The notes beneath the pieces were generated by a model. That model did not search any database and had not been told where the DNA came from. It worked only from the letters and a program-made list of their open reading frames with translations. The translations under genes were made by a program, and so were the position numbers. Source: Variovorax sp. (GTDB taxonomy: Bacteria > Pseudomonadota > Gammaproteobacteria > Burkholderiales > Burkholderiaceae_C). From it: 37,950 nucleotides of DNA. The stretch is from NCBI GenBank assembly GCA_031429925.1, contig JANPAK010000035.1:1-37950 (forward strand), read 5' to 3'. Shown here piece after piece: positions 25,641-34,292 of the stretch; within the stretch, counting starts at the first letter, position 1, and each line of letters opens with the position of its first letter.

Positions 25641-26234
25641 TTACTTCTTATTAAAGTCTACAGTCGGTGGCACAGCAATTTGCGCTTCGTTGGCGACGGT
25701 GAAGCCCGCTTTAGAGGTGTAGCTGAAGATCATGGCCGTGAGGTTGCTCGGAAAGCTGCGGGCGAGCACGTTGTACTCTTCAATCGTCTTGATGTAGCGA
25801 TTGCGCGCGACGGTGATGCGGTTCTCTGTGCCTTCGAGCTGCACGCGCAGGTCTTGGAAGCCTTGGTTGGCTTTGAGGTTAGGGTAGTTCTCCGTCACAA
25901 CCAGCAAACGCGATAAGGCCGAGCCGATCTCGCCCTGCGCGGCTTGGAATTTTTTCATCGCTTCAGCATTGTTCAACATTTCGGGTGTCATTTGGATGCT
26001 GGTGGCCTTGGAGCGCGCTTCCACCACTTTGGTGAGCGTGTCTTGTTCAAAGTTGGCCTCGCCTTTGACGGTGTTGACGATGTTGGGAATCAAATCGGCG
26101 CGGCGTTGGTATTGGTTGAGCACCTCGCTCCACGCGGCCTTGGATTGTTCGTCCAAGCGCTGGAAGTCGTTGTAGCCGCAGCCGGTCAGCAAGGCGGTGA
26201 AAGCCAGCAAGGCGGTCAAAAGCAGTTTCTTCAT
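25641..26234 (-). CDS. lemA: LemA-family lipoprotein
   Basis: LTGCGYN, QYQRRADLIPN, ENYPNLKA and LEGTENRI.VAR; GAGG RBS. Confidence 0.95.
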   Translation of the reverse strand: MKKLLLTALLAFTALLTGCGYNDFQRLDEQSKAAWSEVLNQYQRRADLIPNIVNTVKGEANFEQDTLTKVVEARSKATSIQMTPEMLNNAEAMKKFQAAQGEIGSALSRLLVVTENYPNLKANQGFQDLRVQLEGTENRITVARNRYIKTIEEYNVLARSFPSNLTAMIFSYTSKAGFTVANEAQIAVPPTVDFNKK

Positions 26235-26297
26235 TTCGATTCCTCATTAAAAAGGGCGCACCCGTTGGTGCACATGACATAACGGTAGCATAGATAG

Positions 26298-27068
26298 GTG
26301 CAAGTCTCACCTTCTCAAGCCTTAGAAGCCGCCCAGCGGGCAGCGCCCCTGTCACCGCGCCAGCCCGATCTGCTCTTGGCGGGTGCAACGGGCGTATTGG
26401 GTAACGCGGTGTTGCGTCGTCTGGTGGGCGTGCACCGCTATGCCCATACGCGGGTTCTGGCCCGCGAGCCGGTGCAGCAAGGCATGCGACAACTGTCTGT
26501 GCATTTGGTGGCGGGCGATATTGCACAGTGGCCTGATCAGCTCGGCTGTGATGTGGCCGTTGTGATGTTTGAGCCGCCGCGTGTGTATTACGAACGAGAG
26601 CGCGCTTTGTGGACGCCGGAGCCAGCGCAGCTGCCCGAGCTGGCGAACTGGTTGCACCGCTGTGGCGCAAGCAGCTTGGTTGTCGTCCTTCCGCATGCCC
26701 AAGGCAGCTTGCCGGAATCCCTCAAGCGTGGCCTAGCTTCGCTTGATGAGCAGGCCTTAGCCAGTATTGGCTTCGAGCGCCTGTTGCTCTTACGTAGTGC
26801 TGAAAAACCAGTGCCCATCCGGCAACCCCATCCCTTGGATCGTCTGGCGCAATGGATGCTAGGCATCTTTAGCTTCATGGTGCCAGCGCATGAGCAGCCG
26901 GTGCGCCCCACCAAGATCGCTGAAATAGTTGATGCCTTGTTGCAAACCGCGCCACCTGGCATCACGGTGCTTTCGCCGCAAGAGATGTGGGCGCTGTCGC
27001 AGTGCGATGCATCTCGTATGCTGGACACCGTGAAAACCCGATTTGACAACATGTCCAAAATTACTTAA
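26298..27068 (+). CDS. Hypothetical protein with Rossmann-like GATG motif (atypical SDR-like)
   Basis: LLLAGATGVLG dinucleotide-binding-like motif; typical codon usage. Confidence 0.65.
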   Translation: MQVSPSQALEAAQRAAPLSPRQPDLLLAGATGVLGNAVLRRLVGVHRYAHTRVLAREPVQQGMRQLSVHLVAGDIAQWPDQLGCDVAVVMFEPPRVYYERERALWTPEPAQLPELANWLHRCGASSLVVVLPHAQGSLPESLKRGLASLDEQALASIGFERLLLLRSAEKPVPIRQPHPLDRLAQWMLGIFSFMVPAHEQPVRPTKIAEIVDALLQTAPPGITVLSPQEMWALSQCDASRMLDTVKTRFDNMSKIT

Positions 27069-27076
27069 CATGTTAA
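27043..27076 (+). promoter_or_regulatory. Sigma70-like promoter (TTGACA-17bp-TAACAT) overlapped by palindrome TTAACATGTTAA; candidate HpaR operator
   Basis: TTGACA 27043-27048, TAACAT 27066-27071, perfect 12-bp palindrome 27065-27076, start codon at 27080. Confidence 0.7.
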
Positions 27077-27079
27077 TTA

Positions 27080-27550
27080 ATGAATCCTTTCGCGCACCGA
27101 AATTTGCCTCGCCTGCTGCTGCAAGCGCGCGAAGCCGTGCTCGAGCATTTCCGCCCCGGGTTGCGTGAGCATGGCTTGACGGATCAGCAATGGCGCGTGC
27201 TGCGCGTACTCGCCGAAGAGGGCCAGTGCGATGTCAGCACGATCGCTCAGGGCGCTTATCTGCTCGGCCCCAGCCTCTCGGGTGTGCTCACCCGCATGGA
27301 GCGCGACGGACTTATCGTAAGAGCTGTAGATACCCAAGACGCACGCCGGCAGCTGGTTCGCGCCAGCCCCAAAGGCAAACGCATGGTCGCCAAACTTGCG
27401 CAATCCATCGAAGCGCATTACAGCCAAATGGAAGCAAGTCTCGGTGAGGAGCAGTTACGGCAGCTGTATGCATTGCTCGACGAGGTGATTGCCATTTCGC
27501 AGCCGAGCGGCGCAGCACCAGCCAAACCATTGAAAGGTAGCAAAGCATGA
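27080..27550 (+). CDS. hpaR: Homoprotocatechuate degradation regulator (MarR family)
   Basis: LLLQAREAV..FRP.L..GLTDQQWRVLR, PSLSGVLTRMERDG; heads the hpa cluster. Confidence 0.9.
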   Translation: MNPFAHRNLPRLLLQAREAVLEHFRPGLREHGLTDQQWRVLRVLAEEGQCDVSTIAQGAYLLGPSLSGVLTRMERDGLIVRAVDTQDARRQLVRASPKGKRMVAKLAQSIEAHYSQMEASLGEEQLRQLYALLDEVIAISQPSGAAPAKPLKGSKA

Positions 27551-28212
27551 TGCCCACAACGGTCTACGGCAGCCTCATGCATCATGGTGCGGAGTTGCAG
27601 GCGCTTGGCGAGGCGGCGCATCAGCTGCCCTACAACGCACCACCCAAGGCGCCCGTGCTATACATCAAGCCGGCCAATACCTTCAACGCTTTTGGCGGGG
27701 TGCTGCATCTGCGTGCGGCTCAGCCACAGATACTCGCCAGAGCCTGCGCTGGGCTGATTTACAAGCCAAATCAGCCCTTGGACATTGCCAATTCTGCGCA
27801 ATTTGCTATCAAAAAAGTAGCTATTTCTGACTGGCAAGTCGCATTGCTATGCGACTTTACCTTGCCCCACGGCAGCTTCTATCGCCCACCCTTGCGCTTT
27901 AACGCATTTGACGGCTCGCTGGCCGTGCCGCAAAGCTGGGCCGCTTGGCCAGAAGATGGTTTGCGTCAGCAGCGCGTCGAAACTTGGGTCAATGGCCAGT
28001 TGGCGCACAGCTATCAGACGGCGGATTGGCTGCTTACTGCGCAAGATCAGCTCAAGGCCGTGAGTGAATTCATTGCTTGGGAGGCAGGCGACGTACTCAT
28101 GCTCGGCTGCGCGCCCGATGCACCGTTTGTGAAGGTTGGCGATGTCGTGGAGGCGCGCCTGAACGGTCAAGTTTTCACTCGTACGTTGATTGCAGCCGGA
28201 GAAGCTGTATGA
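27547..28212 (+). CDS. Divergent FAH-family protein (HpaG N-terminal-type subunit)
   Basis: PY.APPKAPVLYIKPANT, FYRP and GDVLMLG; central region diverged and contains the 48-bp motif. Confidence 0.75.
   Translation: MMPTTVYGSLMHHGAELQALGEAAHQLPYNAPPKAPVLYIKPANTFNAFGGVLHLRAAQPQILARACAGLIYKPNQPLDIANSAQFAIKKVAISDWQVALLCDFTLPHGSFYRPPLRFNAFDGSLAVPQSWAAWPEDGLRQQRVETWVNGQLAHSYQTADWLLTAQDQLKAVSEFIAWEAGDVLMLGCAPDAPFVKVGDVVEARLNGQVFTRTLIAAGEAV
27774..27821 (-). repeat. 48-bp fixed-spacing motif, copy 7 (inside HpaG-N-like gene, antisense)
   Basis: Minus strand GCTAC-ttttttg-ATAGC-aaatt-GCGC-N12-GTC-caag-GGC. Confidence 0.75.
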
Positions 28213-28970
28213 GGCAAGCCCGCGTCATTTACCAAGGTCACGTACTTGCAGCACGCGAGGCAGACGGCATGCTCTTGCTGGAAGACGGCCAGCGTGTCAG
28301 TCAGGATGCTGTGCGCTGGCTACCCCCGCTCGCACCGGTGGGTCAGGCCCGCACCATTCTCTGCCTCGGCCTCAACTACGCCGACCATGCCAAAGAGCTC
28401 GCCTTCAAACCACCGAACGAGCCGCTCGCTTTCCTCAAAGGCCAAAGCGCTCTCATCGGCCACCGCGAGCAAACGCATCGCCCAGTCGATGTGAAATTCA
28501 TGCACTATGAATGCGAGCTAGCTGTAGTCATCGGGCGCTCTGCAAAGAATGTGAAGCGTGACGACGCCTACGAGTTCGTGCAAGGCTACACCATAGCCAA
28601 CGACTACGCCATCCGCGACTACTTGGAGAACTGGTATCGTCCGAATCTGCGCGTCAAAGGCCGCCCCACCTGCACGCCCATCGGCCCTTGGCTGGTGGAT
28701 GCGAAAGACATTGCTGACCCGATGCAGCTCGATCTTCTAACCAGCGTCAACGGCCAGATCACGCAGCGCGGCAACACCCGCGACATGATCTTCAGTATTC
28801 CCGCCCTCATCGAATACTTCAGCAGCTTCATGACCCTACGCCCCGGCGATCTGATCCTCACCGGAACGCCAGATGGCGTGGTCGATTGCCAGCCGGGCGA
28901 CAATGTTGAATGCAGCATTGACGGCATCGGTATGTTGCACAACACGATCGTATTGCGGGAGACAACATGA
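28209..28970 (+). CDS. hpaG: FAH-family isomerase/decarboxylase (HpaG C-terminal-type subunit)
   Basis: LGLNYADH, HYECEL, ANDYAIRDYLENWYRPNLRVK and ILTGTP; ATGA overlap. Confidence 0.9.
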   Translation: MRQARVIYQGHVLAAREADGMLLLEDGQRVSQDAVRWLPPLAPVGQARTILCLGLNYADHAKELAFKPPNEPLAFLKGQSALIGHREQTHRPVDVKFMHYECELAVVIGRSAKNVKRDDAYEFVQGYTIANDYAIRDYLENWYRPNLRVKGRPTCTPIGPWLVDAKDIADPMQLDLLTSVNGQITQRGNTRDMIFSIPALIEYFSSFMTLRPGDLILTGTPDGVVDCQPGDNVECSIDGIGMLHNTIVLRETT

Positions 28971-29518
28971 TTCAAAACACCTTGCGCCCCTTGATCACCC
29001 TCGTCGCTGCACTGCTTTGCGCAGGCTGCGTCACGCTCATGCCCACACCTGAGAAGCCGTACACGCTCGGTGCGGGTTTGAGCGGAGTCAATGTGGGAAA
29101 TCTCACTTGGCGCTGGCAGGATGCGCGACCTGCCCCCGCTGCAGACAATCGCTCAACGCCCGATGGTGTGCTGTTTGGTGATGCCGTGATGCGCCCGGCA
29201 CCCTTTGAATTCATTCAAGCGGAGTTTGCACGCGCAGTCGCTTCGCATGAGCAAAGCAAAGAAGTGCAAGAAAAGCTGCGTGGCAAAACGATTCGTTTGT
29301 TGGCCTTTGAATCATCGGCTGGCTTGTGGGTGCGCTTGAGCGAGAGTCAACAAGGCAAATGGGATGTGATGCGCGCCAAGATCGTGATCGATCTCGATGG
29401 CCAACGCTACGAAAGCCTCGATACGCACCGATTTAAAAACAGCGACCAACCCAGCCCATTGAGCCCTGCAATTCGCAATGCGGTTGAGGGGCTGGTGAAT
29501 CAAATCCATTTGTTCTAA
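28967..29518 (+). CDS. Hypothetical lipoprotein
   Basis: Signal peptide ending in LCAGC; ATGA-coupled to hpaG, ends 5 bp before hpaE; no family recognised. Confidence 0.7.
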   Translation: MIQNTLRPLITLVAALLCAGCVTLMPTPEKPYTLGAGLSGVNVGNLTWRWQDARPAPAADNRSTPDGVLFGDAVMRPAPFEFIQAEFARAVASHEQSKEVQEKLRGKTIRLLAFESSAGLWVRLSESQQGKWDVMRAKIVIDLDGQRYESLDTHRFKNSDQPSPLSPAIRNAVEGLVNQIHLF

Positions 29519-29523
29519 AAACT

Positions 29524-30990
29524 ATGATCTCTCATCTTATCAATGGCCAGGCCGTGGGTAGCGGCGCCACGTTTGACTCCATCAACCCAGCGACCCAAGA
29601 AGTGTTGGCGGAAGTGGCCTCGGGCGGCTCGCAAGAGATCAATGCGGCCGTGGCTGCCGCCAAGGCCGCTTTCCCCAAGTGGGCGGGTCTGCCAGCAACC
29701 GAGCGGGCCAAGCTGGTGCGCAAACTCGGTGATTTGATCGCGGCGCATGTGCCTGAGATCGCGCAGATGGAAACCAATGATTGCGGGCAGGTGATTGCGC
29801 AAACGGGCAAGCAACTCATCCCCCGGGCGGCAGACAACTTTTACTATTTTGCAGAAATGTGCACCCGTGTCGATGGCCACACCTATCCCACCCCCACGCA
29901 TTTGAACTACACCTTGTTTCACCCCGTGGGCGTGTGCGCGCTGATCTCGCCGTGGAATGTACCCTTTATGACGGCGACTTGGAAAGTCGCACCTTGCTTG
30001 GCGTTTGGCAACACCGCGGTGCTCAAGATGAGCGAGTTGTCGCCGATGACAGCATCGCGCTTGGGCGCGCTCGCGCTCGAGGCAGGTATTCCACCCGGCG
30101 TGCTCAATGTGGTGCATGGTTACGGCAAAGACGTCGGTGAACCACTATGCGCACACCCTGATGTACGAGCCATTTCGTTCACTGGTTCAACCGCCACCGG
30201 CAACCGCATTGTGCAAACCGCTGGCCTCAAAAAATTCAGCATGGAGCTGGGTGGTAAATCGCCATTCGTCATCTTTGAGGACGCCGATTTAGACCGTGCT
30301 TTACATGCAGCGATCTTCATGATCTTCTCCAACAACGGCGAGCGCTGCACAGCGGGCAGCCGCGTCATTGTGCAGCAGAGTATCTATGCAGACTTTGCGG
30401 CGAAGTTCGCGCAGCGTGCCAAGCGCATCACCGTGGGCGACCCGCTTGATGAGAAAGCCGTTGTGGGCCCGATGATTTCACAAGCCCATTTGGCCAAAGT
30501 GCGAAGCTATATTGAACTCGGATCCAAAGAAGGCGCGAGCATGCTCTGCGGCGGGCTGGGCAAGCCCAGCTATGCCGCCGAGCTGCCTGAGCGTGTGAGA
30601 AAGGGCAACTACGTTTGGCCTACCGTGTTTGCAGATGTCGATAACCGCATGAAAATCGCGCAAGACGAGATCTTTGGCCCGGTGGCTTGCTTGATTCCGT
30701 TCAAAGACGAGGCAGACGCGGTGCGCATTGCAAACGACACGCAGTATGGGCTGGCCAGCTATGTGTGGACAGAGAACATTGGCCGCGCACATCGCGTAGC
30801 GGCGCAGATCGAGGCGGGCATGTGTTTTGTGAATAGCCAAAATGTGCGAGATTTGCGTCAGCCTTTTGGTGGCACAAAGGCCAGTGGCACGGGGCGCGAG
30901 GGTGGCACTTGGAGCTATGAAGTGTTTTTAGAGCCTAAGAATATTTCTGTGTCGCTGGGCTCGCACCATATTCCGCGTTGGGGTGTGTGA
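29524..30990 (+). CDS. hpaE: 5-carboxymethyl-2-hydroxymuconate semialdehyde dehydrogenase
   Basis: SPWNVPFM, FTGST, MELGGK, NGERCTAGSR, EIFGPV and HHIPRWG C-terminus. Confidence 0.95.
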   Translation: MISHLINGQAVGSGATFDSINPATQEVLAEVASGGSQEINAAVAAAKAAFPKWAGLPATERAKLVRKLGDLIAAHVPEIAQMETNDCGQVIAQTGKQLIPRAADNFYYFAEMCTRVDGHTYPTPTHLNYTLFHPVGVCALISPWNVPFMTATWKVAPCLAFGNTAVLKMSELSPMTASRLGALALEAGIPPGVLNVVHGYGKDVGEPLCAHPDVRAISFTGSTATGNRIVQTAGLKKFSMELGGKSPFVIFEDADLDRALHAAIFMIFSNNGERCTAGSRVIVQQSIYADFAAKFAQRAKRITVGDPLDEKAVVGPMISQAHLAKVRSYIELGSKEGASMLCGGLGKPSYAAELPERVRKGNYVWPTVFADVDNRMKIAQDEIFGPVACLIPFKDEADAVRIANDTQYGLASYVWTENIGRAHRVAAQIEAGMCFVNSQNVRDLRQPFGGTKASGTGREGGTWSYEVFLEPKNISVSLGSHHIPRWGV

Positions 30991-31020
30991 TGATTCCTGC
31001 ACCCGTACTTGGTCACAGTC

Positions 31021-31120
31021 GCAGAGGCTTGGGGCATCCGACTGCGCTCATGTCCCCCGGCTGGCGCTGCGCGCGTGCCTCCTCCTTGACTTCGCTACGT
31101 CAGATACCCCAACCCTCTGC
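31021..31120 (-). repeat. Hairpin element, copy B
   Basis: 22-bp stem (31021-31042 / 31099-31120) around GCGAAGTCAAGGAGGAG-gcacgcgcgcagcgccagcc-GGGGGACATGAGC (minus strand). Confidence 0.8.
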
Positions 31121-31168
31121 TCTAGCGAAGATGGTTGCACGCAATCTGCAATCACCAATCGGTAGCGC

Positions 31169-31264
31169 ACAAGAGGCGGCGGGCGTGAGTCTCAGCGAAG
31201 TAAAGGAGGAGACGGCAAAGCCGGCGGGGGACATGAGCAGAGGCTCACGCCCGCCGCCTCTTGT
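31169..31264 (+). repeat. Hairpin element, copy C (inverted relative to copy B)
   Basis: 25-bp stem with one G-T pair (31169-31193 / 31240-31264) around GCGAAGTAAAGGAGGAG-acggcaaagccggc-GGGGGACATGAGC. Confidence 0.85.
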
Positions 31265-31306
31265 ACACGGAGCAACCAAAGTAATCAAAGCGCGAAGGAG
31301 CAATCA

Positions 31307-32176
31307 ATGGGCAAACTAGCACTAGCAGCAAAAATCACCCACGTCCCCAGCATGTATCTTTGCGAATTTCCGGGGCCTAATTTCGGCAAACGGGATGCTG
31401 CTGTTGCTGGCCACAAAGAAATCGACAAGCGGTGCAGAGCAGCCGGTGTGGACACCATCGTTGTGCTCGATGTGCATTGGCAGGTCAACAGTGAATATCA
31501 CCTCAATTGCGCGCCGCACTTCAAAGGCATCTACACCAGCAACGAGCTGCCGCACTTCATCAAAAACATGCCCTATGAATATTCGGGCAATCCTGCGCTC
31601 GGCCATGCGATTGCGGATATGGCCAACGAGATGGGCGTGAAATCCAGAGCGCATTCAGACACGAGCTTGCAGTTGGAATACGGCACACTCGTGCCCATGC
31701 GCTACATGAACAGCGATCAGCATTACAAAGTCATCTGCGTGAGCGGCTGGTGCGATTGGCATGATCTCAAAGAAAGCGAGCGCTTTGGCTTGGCGGTGCG
31801 TCGCGCGATTGAGCAGCGATACGAAGGAACTGCGGCGGTGTTTGCCAGTGGCAGCCTTTCCCATCACTTTGCAGACAATGGCAAAGCACCAGAATTTGCT
31901 TTTAAAACCTACAACGCCTTCTTGGAGCAAGTTGATCTGCGCGTGGTTGAGCTGTGGGAGCGTGGCGAGCATGCGACCGTGATTGACATGCTGCCGATGT
32001 ATAGCGACAAATGTTGGGGCGAAGGTGATATGCACGACACGGCCATGCTGTATGGTGTGCTCGGAGGCGCTGCGTACAAAGAAAAGGTCGAGGTCGTGAC
32101 GCCTTACTTTGGATCCAGTGGCACCGGCCAGATCAACGCCATCTTCCCCGTCGTGCCTCTACCCATGGAGGCCTGA
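31307..32176 (+). CDS. hpaD: 3,4-dihydroxyphenylacetate 2,3-dioxygenase
   Basis: MGKLALAAKITHVPSM, YTSNELPHFI, LEYGTLVPMRY, SGSLSH and SSGTGQ; AAGGAG RBS. Confidence 0.95.
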   Translation: MGKLALAAKITHVPSMYLCEFPGPNFGKRDAAVAGHKEIDKRCRAAGVDTIVVLDVHWQVNSEYHLNCAPHFKGIYTSNELPHFIKNMPYEYSGNPALGHAIADMANEMGVKSRAHSDTSLQLEYGTLVPMRYMNSDQHYKVICVSGWCDWHDLKESERFGLAVRRAIEQRYEGTAAVFASGSLSHHFADNGKAPEFAFKTYNAFLEQVDLRVVELWERGEHATVIDMLPMYSDKCWGEGDMHDTAMLYGVLGGAAYKEKVEVVTPYFGSSGTGQINAIFPVVPLPMEA

Positions 32177-32177
32177 C

Positions 32178-32609
32178 ATGCCACATCTTGTGATTTACTA
32201 CACACCGAATTTAGATGCCAAGACCGATATGACGGCGCTTTGCCGAAAGATGGCCGACACCATGATTGCCGTGCGCGATGAAACGGGCGCTGCAGTGTTT
32301 CCTGTGGGCGGCACGCGCGTGCTGGCCTATCCGGCGGCACACTTTGCGGTTGCCGACGGCGGCGCAGCGGGCAAGGCGACTGGTGGCTCGGGGGATTATG
32401 CGTTTGTGTACATGAACCTTCGCATGGGTCGGGGGCGTTCGAATTCTACGAAGCAGATAGCAGGTCACGCAATATCTGCGGCGGCAAAAGCGCATTTTGA
32501 GCACTTATTGCAGACCGAGCACATCGGTGTGACGGTGCAGGTGGACGAAGGCCATGAAGCCTTTGATGAGAAGCACAGCTCGATTCATCCGCTGTTCAAG
32601 AAAGCTTAA
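32178..32609 (+). CDS. hpaF: 5-carboxymethyl-2-hydroxymuconate isomerase
   Basis: Catalytic Pro1 (MPHL), FP.GGTRV and LRMGRGR; GGAGG RBS; start reassigned to 32178. Confidence 0.9.
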   Translation: MPHLVIYYTPNLDAKTDMTALCRKMADTMIAVRDETGAAVFPVGGTRVLAYPAAHFAVADGGAAGKATGGSGDYAFVYMNLRMGRGRSNSTKQIAGHAISAAAKAHFEHLLQTEHIGVTVQVDEGHEAFDEKHSSIHPLFKKA

Positions 32610-32612
32610 ATC

Positions 32613-33446
32613 ATGCTCGACAACGCACTGATTGGCAAACTGGCGCAAGAGCTTGAAAATGCCGAACGCACGCGCACTCAGGTAGAACATTTCTCCAAGC
32701 ACCACGCAGGCATGACCATTGAAGACGGCTACCGCATCAACCGCGCATGGATGAAGATCAAGGCCACCCAAGGCCGGCAGGTGATTGGCCACAAGATCGG
32801 TCTCACCTCGCGCGCCATGCAGGTCTCCAGCAATATTGATGAGCCCGATTACGGCACGCTACTCGATACGATGCGCTGCACCTGCAAAGGTGGCGAGGTG
32901 TTGGAGATTCCTGTGAAAAACTTCATTGCCCCCCGCGTCGAGGTGGAGCTTGCGTTTATCTTGAAGCAAGAGCTGCGCGGGCCAAATATCACGGTGCAAG
33001 ATGTGATGGCCGCGACGGATTACGTGACACCGGCCGTGGAAATCATCGATGCGCGCATCGAGCAGTTTGACCGCCACAACAAAGCACCACGCAAAGTGTT
33101 TGACACCATCAGCGATAACGCCGCGAATGCTGGCATCGTACTCGGCGATATAGCGAGCGACAGCAGATATCGCATTAACGCGGAAAACACTGATCTTCCC
33201 TGGGTTGGTGCGATTTGCCGCTACAACGGTGTGGTGGAAGAAACAGGTCTTGCCGCTGGCGTGCAAGGCCATCCGGCGGTGGGTATCGCGTGGCTGGCAA
33301 ATAAGCTCGCGCCTTGGGGCGAGTATTTGCAAGCGGGCGAGATTGTTCTGGCGGGTTCTTTCACCAAGCCAGTGCCCGCCAAGGCGGGCGATGTGTTTGA
33401 TGTGGACTATGGCGCGCATGGCCGCTTGCAGTTTAAGTTTGTTTGA
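32613..33446 (+). CDS. hpaH: 2-oxo-hept-3-ene-1,7-dioate hydratase
   Basis: [34 protein letters not shown] and LAGSFT. Confidence 0.95.
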   Translation: MLDNALIGKLAQELENAERTRTQVEHFSKHHAGMTIEDGYRINRAWMKIKATQGRQVIGHKIGLTSRAMQVSSNIDEPDYGTLLDTMRCTCKGGEVLEIPVKNFIAPRVEVELAFILKQELRGPNITVQDVMAATDYVTPAVEIIDARIEQFDRHNKAPRKVFDTISDNAANAGIVLGDIASDSRYRINAENTDLPWVGAICRYNGVVEETGLAAGVQGHPAVGIAWLANKLAPWGEYLQAGEIVLAGSFTKPVPAKAGDVFDVDYGAHGRLQFKFV

Positions 33447-33455
33447 GAGGGCAAT

Positions 33456-34217
33456 ATGAAGCAAGAAGACTTTCACCCCAACGAGTGGCAAGCGCGTGTC
33501 GAGCTGGCCGCTTGCTACCGCATCTTTGACATGCTGGGTTGGCCCGAGATGATTTACAACCACATCACCGTTCGGCTACCCGCCAGCGTGACGGGTCAAG
33601 CAAAGCAATTCCTCATCAATCCGTTTGGCTTGCATTACAGCGAGGTCACCGCGAGCAATCTGGTGAAGATTGATATCCAAGGCAACAAGTTGGATGCGGC
33701 CAACCTTTATCCCGTTAATCCCGCGGGGTTCACGGTGCACAGCGCCATCCACCAGCATACGCCGGATGCACATTGCATCATGCATACGCACACGACCACG
33801 GGCATGGCGGTGGCCTGCACCGCCTCAGGCCTCGCGCAAAACAACTTTTACTCTGCGCAGCTGCATGGCTTGGTCGCTTATCACGACTTTGAGGGCATCA
33901 CCGTGCATGCGGAGGAAGCACCGCGCCTGTTGAAGAACATGGATGGCAAGCCACTGCTCATTTTGCGCAACCATGGCTTGCTCGCTTGGGCGCCAACCCT
34001 GCCGCTGGCGCTGGTACGCCTGTGGACATTGCAGCGTGCCTGCGATATTCAATGCATGCAAGCGGGGCTCGGCGCCGCCATTGCCGTGCCGCAGGCCGTG
34101 GCAGAGAAAACGACGCATGACAGTTTTCAATTTGATGCGCAGTTTGGCGCGGGGCAAGATGTGTTTGATGCGTTGAAGCGGCGCGTGGATAAAGCCAATC
34201 CTGGTTACGCGCAGTGA
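33456..34217 (+). CDS. Class II aldolase/adducin family protein
   Basis: LAACYR, NHITVR, INPFG, HSAIH, HTH and LRNHG metal-binding His residues. Confidence 0.9.
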   Translation: MKQEDFHPNEWQARVELAACYRIFDMLGWPEMIYNHITVRLPASVTGQAKQFLINPFGLHYSEVTASNLVKIDIQGNKLDAANLYPVNPAGFTVHSAIHQHTPDAHCIMHTHTTTGMAVACTASGLAQNNFYSAQLHGLVAYHDFEGITVHAEEAPRLLKNMDGKPLLILRNHGLLAWAPTLPLALVRLWTLQRACDIQCMQAGLGAAIAVPQAVAEKTTHDSFQFDAQFGAGQDVFDALKRRVDKANPGYAQ

Positions 34218-34225
34218 TCTGAGTC

Positions 34226-34273
34226 GCTATTTATTTAGTAGCATACTGCGCAGACTCCACATAGGCAAAAAGC
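34226..34273 (+). repeat. 48-bp fixed-spacing motif, copy 8
   Basis: GCTAT-ttattta-GTAGC-atact-GCGC-N12-GGC-aaaa-AGC. Confidence 0.85.
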
Positions 34274-34292
34274 TGAATTTCCATTGAAATCA

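Noticed and set aside
30978-31319. 113-aa ORF and other short ORFs in the hpaE-hpaD gap
   Set aside because: They are translations of the hairpin doublet with no protein-like features.
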